From positions 154,702 to 218,701 of the IMG/VR virus record IMGVR_UViG_3300011871_000002: a stretch of DNA of 64,000 nt; one strand, written 5' to 3'. The first letter of the stretch is position 1, and each line of letters begins with the position of its first letter. Origin of the DNA: a virus (taxonomy: Duplodnaviria > Caudoviricetes). The translations under genes and the position numbers were made by a program. The notes beneath the pieces were generated by a model. It was given only the letters and a program-made list of their open reading frames with translations, had not been told where the DNA came from and ran no database searches. Shown in pieces: positions 56,176 to 64,000 of the stretch.

Positions 56176-59007
56176 TCAGGTTTTGTCTTCGGTGTCCGAG
56201 GACGTGCCTGCGTTTTCGTCATCGGTTTTGCCGTCACCTTTGTCGTCACCTTCAGCTTTTGGCTCGTCGTTAGGTGCGTCTTCTTCACCTTCAACTGGGG
56301 CCGTGGTGTCGGGGGCTGCTTCGAGTGGGTTGGCATCATCGTCTCCGAGTGAGAAGTCTTGGAATCCACCGCCATCGTCGGTAGTGCCAGCATTACCTTG
56401 GTCGTCGTCAGCAGTGGCCGTATCCGATACGCCACCGAACCCTTGGACGGTTTCGTTCGACAAGTCTTTCTGTGGCTGGAAGGACTTGAGCAGTCCGGTG
56501 AGCGATGCCGACATGGCCTGTACGAAATCATGCTGGTCCTGATACAGGTTGAGCATCGGCTTGTTGTTCTCATCCTTGGTAATGAGCGCGCCCAGTTCTG
56601 GGAGAATGCCGTTCTCAGCCATGTACTTGCGCATGAAGTGTGATTTCACCAAAGCCTTGAGCGCATCGAATTGGCTATTGTTGTCGCCCACCGTATCTTG
56701 CGTCAAGCCTTCACGCGGAATCCACGATTCGAGTGCCTTGTCCAGCAACTTCTCGTACTCTTCCAGTGCGGCGAACTGGTTAGCCTGCGAGGCCGTGTTC
56801 GGAGTAGGCAACGACACTTCAAAGCTAAGGATGAATTGCTTCAGCACTTCGCCAATTACCAAGCCTCTTTGCAGCTTGCCTTCTTCCGTAGTAAAGTCAA
56901 TCAGATTACCACTTTGGTCTTTCAACCAATCTGGCTTGATTTTATCGAAGTTGGTTTCGATAATCTTCGCCATGCTACGCAAAAGTCCTTCGGTATTATG
57001 AATCACCTTGCGGTGGTGTTCGGTCAGTGAAGGAGTGATCTGCTGTTGGTACTGCGACGCACGCTTAGATAGCAGCAAATTGTTGTGGTTAGCCACAGTA
57101 GCGAACTCGGCGTTATACGACGCATCCACTTGCTCGGGGCTCACACCAAACGCCATGATCGATTCTTTGCGCAGGTTCTCTTCCAGTGTTTGGTCCGGCA
57201 TCACATGCGAGTCAGACTTTTGCTGGACACTCACCTTCACGTCCGGCAGCATCGGATTGCCTTCAGGGACAAATTCGTAAGCGGCACGTTGCATCCAGTC
57301 AACGATGTCGGCTGGATTGCTCAGACCCACCGGCAAGGCGCCTTGCCGGGTACGCATGAATTCGTGCACCATGATCTCGAACGACTTCATCGGATCAGGA
57401 TCGTCTTCATCGAACTTGAGCGTGACTTCACTGCGGCCGATCGAATTCTTCATGGCTGCCGCCACGTTGGCGAACTTGGTCATCACGCGCAGACTGTGCA
57501 GCGTTTTCATGCGCTCCAGAATTGATTCACCGATGCCGTTCTCGTTGTACTTCACCGCGATGTAGGTGGTCAGTTCCACCGGCAGGAACAGCAACTGGGT
57601 GTGCTGTTTGGCCAGCGCACGGGCCAGCATGATGCGATACAGTTCGTCTTGCTTGGCCAGCGACAAACCACCGCCATAGACGCGGCCATTGGCCAAGCGC
57701 ATCATCAGCTCCTGTTCCACCAGTTCTCCGAAGACCCGCGCGCTGATGTCGAGGTGGTTGCGGTTGAACTGGTTGAAGTCGCCCTCGATCTGGTTCTTGG
57801 CTTTCTTCAACAGGGTCGTGGCAAAATTGTCACCCGTACCGAAACGGTTGGCCAGTTGACGGTACTGGTCTTCCGAATTGATCTTCGAGATGGGATTGCC
57901 TTCCGCGTCGAGGAGCACGAAATAACCGATGTGCTCGTGCGGCTTACCCGGTACGTACACCGGCATCACTGATTCTGATGGCAAGTGGAGCACCAGCGGG
58001 TTACCGATGGCGCGGCGCGACAGCTGGTCCTGGGTATGGACCCGGACCATGGGGCGATAGGCGTACTGCGGGTTCTTGAAAATCTGGCTGGCCAGCTCAT
58101 GCGTTTGCACAGTGCCATACGCTTCGGCGGCGTATCCCGAGACTGCACCGACTGCCTTCATTACGGCGCTACCGGAATTGACCAGTGCACTGACGCGTTG
58201 TTCACGCAGCCTGCGGTGCACGTCAGGAATCTTCAAGACGTCTGGATTATCGAGGACCGAGACCATGGGGTCGAGTTGTTCCTGGGCGTTCTGACGATTG
58301 AAGAACACCCGTGGGTCGATATTTTCTTCATGGTCTCGTTCGTCAAAAGTTTCCATCGACAAGATAGCGCGCGATGCTACTGGCTTAGGCGTCGCGTTGA
58401 CTGCGTTGCCCAGAATACCCAGCGAACGGACATTACCTTGCTTATCGATGGTCTCGCACAGACTCTCCAGCGTGATCTTGCCGGTGCCGTTAATCATGTG
58501 GTCCACCGAATTTTCCGGGATGACCGCATAAATCCAACTACCAGTACGGAAGAAGATATCGCGCAGTATCTCTGGGAGCTGGTTCTCTATTTTATAGTTC
58601 TTCTCGAAATGCTCCTTGATTTCTGCCGTCAGCATGGTGGCAACGTCCGAAGAAATGATGCCTTCGCCGCCTTTGTAGGTCAGCTCCGTGGTCATCATGT
58701 CCTTCGGCGCAATGATGGCGCCGACCAAGATTTCCTTGGCCAAATCCATGTCTGGCAGGACTTCCAGAATCGTTTCTGCATCCGCGATATTGGTCGCGGT
58801 CCGATCTGAAATCGAATGGAAGCGCCCGATGTCGGGCAAAGTTTGGTTTTGCTCGTCTTGGGACGTAACGCGATTGGTGTGAGGCGCCGTGGTCAGCTTA
58901 CTGACGGCGGCGGCAGTTTGGGGATCGTCACGCACCATCTTCATGACGGGAACCCAATCGCCTTTACGTGATGCTTGCAGTGCAGTCTTGAAAGTTTCTT
59001 TGGACAT
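56176..59007 (-). CDS. Portal protein (phiKZ gp129-like)
   Basis: 943 aa; LPSESVMPVYVPG.P..H.GYFVLLD..GNP, LYRIML.R.L motifs; SME/SLE processing sites; acidic tail; divergent from virion genes. Confidence 0.8.
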   Translation of the reverse strand: MSKETFKTALQASRKGDWVPVMKMVRDDPQTAAAVSKLTTAPHTNRVTSQDEQNQTLPDIGRFHSISDRTATNIADAETILEVLPDMDLAKEILVGAIIAPKDMMTTELTYKGGEGIISSDVATMLTAEIKEHFEKNYKIENQLPEILRDIFFRTGSWIYAVIPENSVDHMINGTGKITLESLCETIDKQGNVRSLGILGNAVNATPKPVASRAILSMETFDERDHEENIDPRVFFNRQNAQEQLDPMVSVLDNPDVLKIPDVHRRLREQRVSALVNSGSAVMKAVGAVSGYAAEAYGTVQTHELASQIFKNPQYAYRPMVRVHTQDQLSRRAIGNPLVLHLPSESVMPVYVPGKPHEHIGYFVLLDAEGNPISKINSEDQYRQLANRFGTGDNFATTLLKKAKNQIEGDFNQFNRNHLDISARVFGELVEQELMMRLANGRVYGGGLSLAKQDELYRIMLARALAKQHTQLLFLPVELTTYIAVKYNENGIGESILERMKTLHSLRVMTKFANVAAAMKNSIGRSEVTLKFDEDDPDPMKSFEIMVHEFMRTRQGALPVGLSNPADIVDWMQRAAYEFVPEGNPMLPDVKVSVQQKSDSHVMPDQTLEENLRKESIMAFGVSPEQVDASYNAEFATVANHNNLLLSKRASQYQQQITPSLTEHHRKVIHNTEGLLRSMAKIIETNFDKIKPDWLKDQSGNLIDFTTEEGKLQRGLVIGEVLKQFILSFEVSLPTPNTASQANQFAALEEYEKLLDKALESWIPREGLTQDTVGDNNSQFDALKALVKSHFMRKYMAENGILPELGALITKDENNKPMLNLYQDQHDFVQAMSASLTGLLKSFQPQKDLSNETVQGFGGVSDTATADDDQGNAGTTDDGGGFQDFSLGDDDANPLEAAPDTTAPVEGEEDAPNDEPKAEGDDKGDGKTDDENAGTSSDTEDKT

Positions 59008-59040
59008 TCCGACCTCTTACTTTTTTGGGGATGTGTATAA

Positions 59041-61344
59041 ATGGACAATAAGTACCAGCTTTATCTGAACAAAGTAGTGGAGCTGGCCGAGACGATTGTC
59101 ATTAAGTCGGTAGCTGCTGCTAGTGCGATTAACAAACGACTCGTCGAACTTTACGGTCCGCTGGCCGTTGGTGACGACCCCACTACATGGAAATACTATC
59201 TGAACTTGGCTGGCGAGTACCACCCGAGTAATCAGGTGATGACTGTCGTATCAATGGATACTCAGGAAACCATTGTGTTTTCGAAAGAGAATCTGGCGAT
59301 TCATCGCGCCACTGCGCGCGCCTACACTTACGGAACGCAGCAATACCAGCAACTGGTAGCGCAGTATCCCGGCCAGGAAAACCTGATCTTGGGCATCCTG
59401 TACCCGGTAGACAAGCACGCCGCAATCAATGCCGCCGATGGCGCCATTCTCGGTTACCCCAAGCATCTGGTAGAAGCCAATGAATACAACTTCATCCCCA
59501 AGCTGCAAGCGTGGATCGACGGGTTCATGGCGCGCTGGGTGGTACGGGGGTTTAGTGTCACCGACTCTCTTTACACCGCGACATGGATGATGATCCAGCG
59601 CATCTTCGTGGTGCCTGCCATTTTGACTATCCGGCTGGGGGCATGCAAAACCAACGAAGCGCATAGTTTTCATGTACGCAAGTATTTGGCCAGCCACGGC
59701 TTAAATGAAAACCACCTAGAGTATCTGACCATGCGTCAGTCGCTCTGGCTATACCGCAACATCGATTACTTGCAGCGACACATCGGCAAACAAGAGAACC
59801 TCGAACTACTGATTGAGCACTTGCTGACCGAGCGCAATTTGCCGATCGCGGAATACACCATGCGGCACAACGTCACGTCGATGCCTGACGAGATCTATCC
59901 TGAAATCACGTTCCGTAAAAAGAACATGAACATAGGCCAGCTCGATTTGGTACCGGTTTCCATGAACGTGATGCAGATTCTGGATAAGCAAGACCAGTTT
60001 GCACGTGCCAACCAGCAAAACAAAATCGACAAAGCGCCCTTGATCCAAGAGGTGATGGAAAATGCTTCGTCTAACGTGGTGATGACCAAGCTCTTGGAAT
60101 CGACCGTGGTGGACTATGGGGACGGCACACCTTATACCAAGATCAATGTCTTGTTCCATCACTGGATTTACCTTGCAAGCCATGGTGTGTACACTGCCTT
60201 TATCGGGGTAACCAACCCCCGTACCGGCGAGCGTTTCCAGATCAGCGTGAAAGATGCAGTGACGTTGGCGTGCTATGCGTTCGCCTGTGCCCACGGTTCG
60301 CCCCCTGTGTATGTGGAGCAGATCATCGCTGAGCGAGTACAGCGCATGCCCACGCCATTGGCGGAAGAACTGCGTTCGATTGCTGACCCAGAATTGGTGT
60401 CACTTGCAGATGCGCAGATGTTACTAGCCAAGCAACCCGGCATTAGCACCATCATCTCGACCGAGGCATTTTACAACACCTGCATCGAGATTTACCATGC
60501 TCAGCAACACCAGCGCGGCATGATGGCTTTGCAAGAACATAGTGTCAAACGGGCCATGATACAAAACATGGCGGCGCGTATTTATAGCGATACCGTCTGC
60601 ACGCTGGAACCCAGCGGTACGATGTTTAGTTCTTGGCTCAGTGAGCGCAACATTGACTTGCAGAACTTTACCGAGGCAGACTTTCATTCTGTCTACGAAG
60701 CCATCGTACAAGACGCCACCGGAATGAGTTTGCACAACACCACCTCGATCAAGAGTATCCAGCGCGCGATGGTGGGCCTACTCTCGGGCTTGAGTAGCTA
60801 CAGCATCCAGATCAATGCCGAAGTCAACGGTAGCGACCTCGTGGTCTTGGACAACCCCCAAGTGCGACTGGGCGATGTCGACATGGAAGGGCATGATTAC
60901 GTCCCTGTGCAAGAAATCAGCGCTGTCATCCAAGACGCCACCCATCACCAACACACGGTCCAGCAGTTCGATCTGAATCCGTGCGGCGAGCGGGAAGTAT
61001 TGACAGCAGAAACCCATATGGGTGATTTGGTGCTTAACAGCGCAGTGTCGGTAGCGATCACAGACGGCGGGCGACAAAGCCACATGCACTATCAAATGCC
61101 GTTGGTGCGCATGAAGGTGATTACACCGCTTGCACCAAATGACCGCGGCGTGATTGTGGTACCTGGTATCCCAGAGTACCTAGCCTTAACGCCAGAGCAG
61201 CAACTCGATGTGATCGATATGTACGACACGGGGCTGCCACCATTGATACCACATACCGAGTACGACGACCCGAACCAAATCGAGAACGTTCTGCGACAAA
61301 ACATCCTGAGCGGATTGACTTACAACCCTGACCAGCAGTCCTAA
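59041..61344 (+). CDS. Virion structural protein (phiKZ-like, probable baseplate/tail component)
   Basis: WKYYLNLAGEYH, LI.GIL.P, T.EAHSFH...YL.SH, LYRNI.YL....GK motifs; synteny with portal. Confidence 0.7.
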   Translation: MDNKYQLYLNKVVELAETIVIKSVAAASAINKRLVELYGPLAVGDDPTTWKYYLNLAGEYHPSNQVMTVVSMDTQETIVFSKENLAIHRATARAYTYGTQQYQQLVAQYPGQENLILGILYPVDKHAAINAADGAILGYPKHLVEANEYNFIPKLQAWIDGFMARWVVRGFSVTDSLYTATWMMIQRIFVVPAILTIRLGACKTNEAHSFHVRKYLASHGLNENHLEYLTMRQSLWLYRNIDYLQRHIGKQENLELLIEHLLTERNLPIAEYTMRHNVTSMPDEIYPEITFRKKNMNIGQLDLVPVSMNVMQILDKQDQFARANQQNKIDKAPLIQEVMENASSNVVMTKLLESTVVDYGDGTPYTKINVLFHHWIYLASHGVYTAFIGVTNPRTGERFQISVKDAVTLACYAFACAHGSPPVYVEQIIAERVQRMPTPLAEELRSIADPELVSLADAQMLLAKQPGISTIISTEAFYNTCIEIYHAQQHQRGMMALQEHSVKRAMIQNMAARIYSDTVCTLEPSGTMFSSWLSERNIDLQNFTEADFHSVYEAIVQDATGMSLHNTTSIKSIQRAMVGLLSGLSSYSIQINAEVNGSDLVVLDNPQVRLGDVDMEGHDYVPVQEISAVIQDATHHQHTVQQFDLNPCGEREVLTAETHMGDLVLNSAVSVAITDGGRQSHMHYQMPLVRMKVITPLAPNDRGVIVVPGIPEYLALTPEQQLDVIDMYDTGLPPLIPHTEYDDPNQIENVLRQNILSGLTYNPDQQS

Positions 61345-61421
61345 GGTAAACAGAAGGTGGAATAAAAAACACCTTCTGATTATCTTGTGACAGGCTTAAC
61401 ACCCCTATCAAAGGAAACACC

Positions 61422-62273
61422 ATGGAGTCCATTACCCGTACCGCGTATAGCGGCTTGCTGCAAACCTGCATGCTGCTGCGCCGCCCTTACCCGGTGTACC
61501 CCAACACCACGCTCAACGAGAAACTCAACATCCGTAAAGAAGACAAGCTGGGTGTGGGTGTCTATCCGTACCTGGGTTTTCTCGCCATCGGTAACGGCGG
61601 GCATAAGCTCGGTCTGGGCGCGGACAGCCTCTTGGCCCCCGATCCCCATCAGCAAGAACCGACCAACGCATCGCCTTTCAAGATGATCCCGTTCGTGCTG
61701 CGTGAAATCACGGACGACCTGGACGCTGTGCAGCGCGCCCGTTACGCACTGCGCCGGGAAGAAGAATACGGTGGTGTGCGTTACTACGCGTACTACCTCA
61801 AACGGATGGACTTGTCCAACGTCAACCCGAAACTCGAATACATCGTCATCGACGGCGAGAACAAGTCGGTGAGCGACTACGTGCCGGACGCATCGGTGCT
61901 CAATCCGCAACCGCGTGAACTCTCGCCCGTGGGTGTTAATACCACCGACGGCGACTACATCTCGTCCACTGCCAAAGTCCCGATCATCTTCACAAAAGAA
62001 GACATGACGGAACTGCGTAACATGGCCAAGATCAAGTTCGGTCATGAAAAGTACGCCATCATCTCCGAGATCGCCCCCGTCACAGCCGTGGACAAGGATG
62101 TCGATTCGCCAGCCCCTGGTAACTCGACCATCCCATTCAAGGAAGCCATCTGCGCCCAGGTCGCCTCCTACATCTCGTCGTTCGTCGCCGCCAAGTTCTC
62201 CCAGTCCGGCTACGACATAATGTTGGATGCTGGTACCACGGAGCCTCTGTTCCAGATGGGCGCGCCAGAATAA
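61422..62273 (+). CDS. Virion structural protein (phiKZ-like)
   Basis: NTTLNEK, IGNGGH, IPFVLR, YYAYYLK, AIISEI motifs. Confidence 0.7.
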   Translation: MESITRTAYSGLLQTCMLLRRPYPVYPNTTLNEKLNIRKEDKLGVGVYPYLGFLAIGNGGHKLGLGADSLLAPDPHQQEPTNASPFKMIPFVLREITDDLDAVQRARYALRREEEYGGVRYYAYYLKRMDLSNVNPKLEYIVIDGENKSVSDYVPDASVLNPQPRELSPVGVNTTDGDYISSTAKVPIIFTKEDMTELRNMAKIKFGHEKYAIISEIAPVTAVDKDVDSPAPGNSTIPFKEAICAQVASYISSFVAAKFSQSGYDIMLDAGTTEPLFQMGAPE

Positions 62274-62285
62274 GGAAACGTCGCT

Positions 62286-62897
62286 ATGTTACGCATGCCG
62301 CAAAGTGCATCGAACGTGGCGACTCTGATTGGTATTGATCCCGGTTCTTCCAAGATGGGGGTCTGTATCATGGAGTACAACGTCGATACCTTGGAGTTAC
62401 TGTCCACGAACGCATTCACAATTGTTGGCGAAAAGTTGATCGCCAAGAATAGCTTTCTGGCCATGGTCCATGGTGATCGCTTTGCGCGCATCGAGGGTAT
62501 CGGATTGCGTCTGTACGATTTGTTCGTGCGTCACAATCCGACCTACGTTGCATCAGAGTCGCCCTTTTTCAATCCTTCTCGACCCAATGCCTTTGAGGTA
62601 TTGATCGAGGTCATCATGAAAATCCGCCAAGCTCTTTGGCGGTACGACCCTTGGATCGAGTTATACCGCATCGACCCACCAACTGTGAAAGCAGGTGTGG
62701 GTGTGACCAAAGTTCCCAAGGGAGAAAAAGCCAAAATAGTGGTGCGCGACGCGGTCTTGGCCTTAGCGCCAGAACTGCGTTACATCGGCATCACGCCACT
62801 GCATCTTCTCGACGACAACGCCATCGACAGCATTGCCGTAGCGAAGACGCGCCTCGAAATCCTCAGGGGAAAACTATGTCACAAACCAAGGCGGTAA
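62286..62897 (+). CDS. RuvC-like Holliday junction resolvase
   Basis: IGIDPGS, ASESPF, P..VK..VG, AIDSIAVA acidic catalytic motifs. Confidence 0.82.
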   Translation: MLRMPQSASNVATLIGIDPGSSKMGVCIMEYNVDTLELLSTNAFTIVGEKLIAKNSFLAMVHGDRFARIEGIGLRLYDLFVRHNPTYVASESPFFNPSRPNAFEVLIEVIMKIRQALWRYDPWIELYRIDPPTVKAGVGVTKVPKGEKAKIVVRDAVLALAPELRYIGITPLHLLDDNAIDSIAVAKTRLEILRGKLCHKPRR

Positions 62898-63364
62898 TCG
62901 CCCTCGTCATTGCTGTTCTCATCGCCTGCCTGTTCTTCTTTGTCAAAGGACAAAGTAAAGAAATCAAAGCACTGGAGGCGACAACGACCCAGCAAGCCAG
63001 TACCATCAAGCAACAGAACGCCGCAATCGAACTCGACAAGGGGAGTGACCAAATCACCGACGATGTCACGGCGCGCAATGCTACCGAAGGTCGAAAGATC
63101 GAAGAAGAAGCGCTTCGCACTTCCCAAAAGATCCAGGAGCGCGAAGCGGCAGTGAAGAAGAAGTACGAGAAGCTCTTGGCAGACGCGGAAGCACGCGCTC
63201 GCCAAGAACCCTTTGTGGAACCCGTTCCCAAATCTGAAGTCGAGGTGCTCAAAGAGCAGCGCGCCCATGAAATCAGTGCCACCCGAATCGTTAGTCTGTG
63301 GGAAGAGTACTGTACGACTGAAAAGGTACCGGAATGTAAGGTACTGTCCGCTACCTCACACTAG
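62876..63364 (+). CDS. Putative inner-membrane spanin (Rz-like)
   Basis: N-terminal TM, long coiled coil, C-terminal W..YC...C. Confidence 0.65.
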   Translation: MSQTKAVIALVIAVLIACLFFFVKGQSKEIKALEATTTQQASTIKQQNAAIELDKGSDQITDDVTARNATEGRKIEEEALRTSQKIQEREAAVKKKYEKLLADAEARARQEPFVEPVPKSEVEVLKEQRAHEISATRIVSLWEEYCTTEKVPECKVLSATSH

Positions 63365-63375
63365 AGAAGAAGACC

Positions 63376-63693
63376 ATGAAGAACCTCTACCGCCTACTGG
63401 CACTGTCGGCTACGCTACTGTTGACAGGCTGCCAGACGACACCTCCAGTTACCCAGATCGAGTACATCTACAAGGCACGCCCCCAGGCGCTGTCGCAGAA
63501 ATACCACAAAGTGGCACCGCCGCGCGCAGCCGCTTACATGGCATCATCCTGGGAAGACAAAGAGGCGATGTGGATCGATATCTACCGCGCCCAAAACAAG
63601 GCCATCGACCTGTGCAACCTGCAAACCGACAAGGGTAGCGAGTGGGATGCCCTGCAAAAGGCCAACTACACCAAGCACAAAGAGGCACCTTAA
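63376..63693 (+). CDS. Putative outer-membrane spanin lipoprotein (Rz1-like)
   Basis: Lipobox LLTGC, Pro-rich, C-terminal CN; follows i-spanin. Confidence 0.7.
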   Translation: MKNLYRLLALSATLLLTGCQTTPPVTQIEYIYKARPQALSQKYHKVAPPRAAAYMASSWEDKEAMWIDIYRAQNKAIDLCNLQTDKGSEWDALQKANYTKHKEAP

Positions 63694-64000
63694 ATGGCGC
63701 TCATGGAGAGTATTCTCCAGCGTATTGACGACCATGAGCCTGTCATTGGCCGCATGGAAAAGTCAGTCGCGCTCAAAGGCTTGGTAGAAGGCTACCAACG
63801 ATACACCCACGACGACGCTACACTTCCCATCATCACAAGTTTGACCACGGGACTCGAACTGAAAGCAGCCGTAAGAAAGCTTTCACCAGAACACCAGCTC
63901 GACTTGCTGAAGAAGTACAGTGACACCGTACGCGGCATTCATCCGCATGAGCCGGCTGACAAGGTGGAAGAGCGCCGGCACCGGCACTGGCTGGGCAAGC
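63694..64000 (+). CDS. Hypothetical protein, truncated by window end
   Basis: ATG at 63694 with open frame to the end (MALMESILQRIDD...). Confidence 0.55.
   Translation, partial: MALMESILQRIDDHEPVIGRMEKSVALKGLVEGYQRYTHDDATLPIITSLTTGLELKAAVRKLSPEHQLDLLKKYSDTVRGIHPHEPADKVEERRHRHWLGK

Noticed and set aside
1-64000. CRISPR arrays, tRNAs, rRNA, IS elements, stop-codon recoding
   Set aside because: No regularly spaced repeats, cloverleafs or transposases seen; recognisable genes are full length under the standard code and end in TAA, TAG or TGA

Overview
This is a 64-kb segment of a phiKZ-like (Chimalliviridae-type) jumbo phage genome. The right half holds the phiKZ-type core block: inner-head protein, DnaB-like helicase, major capsid protein, split non-virion RNAP beta subunit, portal, two virion proteins, RuvC-like resolvase and a spanin pair. 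The left half holds nucleotide-metabolism genes (tmk, thyA, folA, nrdB, dcd, NUDIX, HAD, QueC-like) among many small accessory genes, several preceded by a repeated CACATATYAY early-promoter motif. nrdB looks betaproteobacterial, suggesting a Burkholderiales host (inference). The most notable items follow. (1) A ~650-nt, apparently non-coding, densely base-paired and pseudoknotted element (11563-12267) with its own terminator lies directly after a Tad1-like anti-defence sponge gene; it is a candidate new large phage ncRNA. (2) A GIY-YIG homing endonuclease appears to have inserted into a gene while supplying a recoded replacement 5' end, orphaning the original 43 codons. (3) thyA carries both an in-frame HNH endonuclease domain with no splicing signature and an ORF-less T4-td-like group I intron with resolvable splice sites. 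(4) About 16 hairpins are flanked by a conserved TTTATGCCG motif. (5) Degenerate paralogues of the prohead protease and of a virion protein sit among accessory genes. (6) There are several paralogue expansions, including a 9-gene tandem array. All assignments come from motif recognition by eye; no database searches were run.
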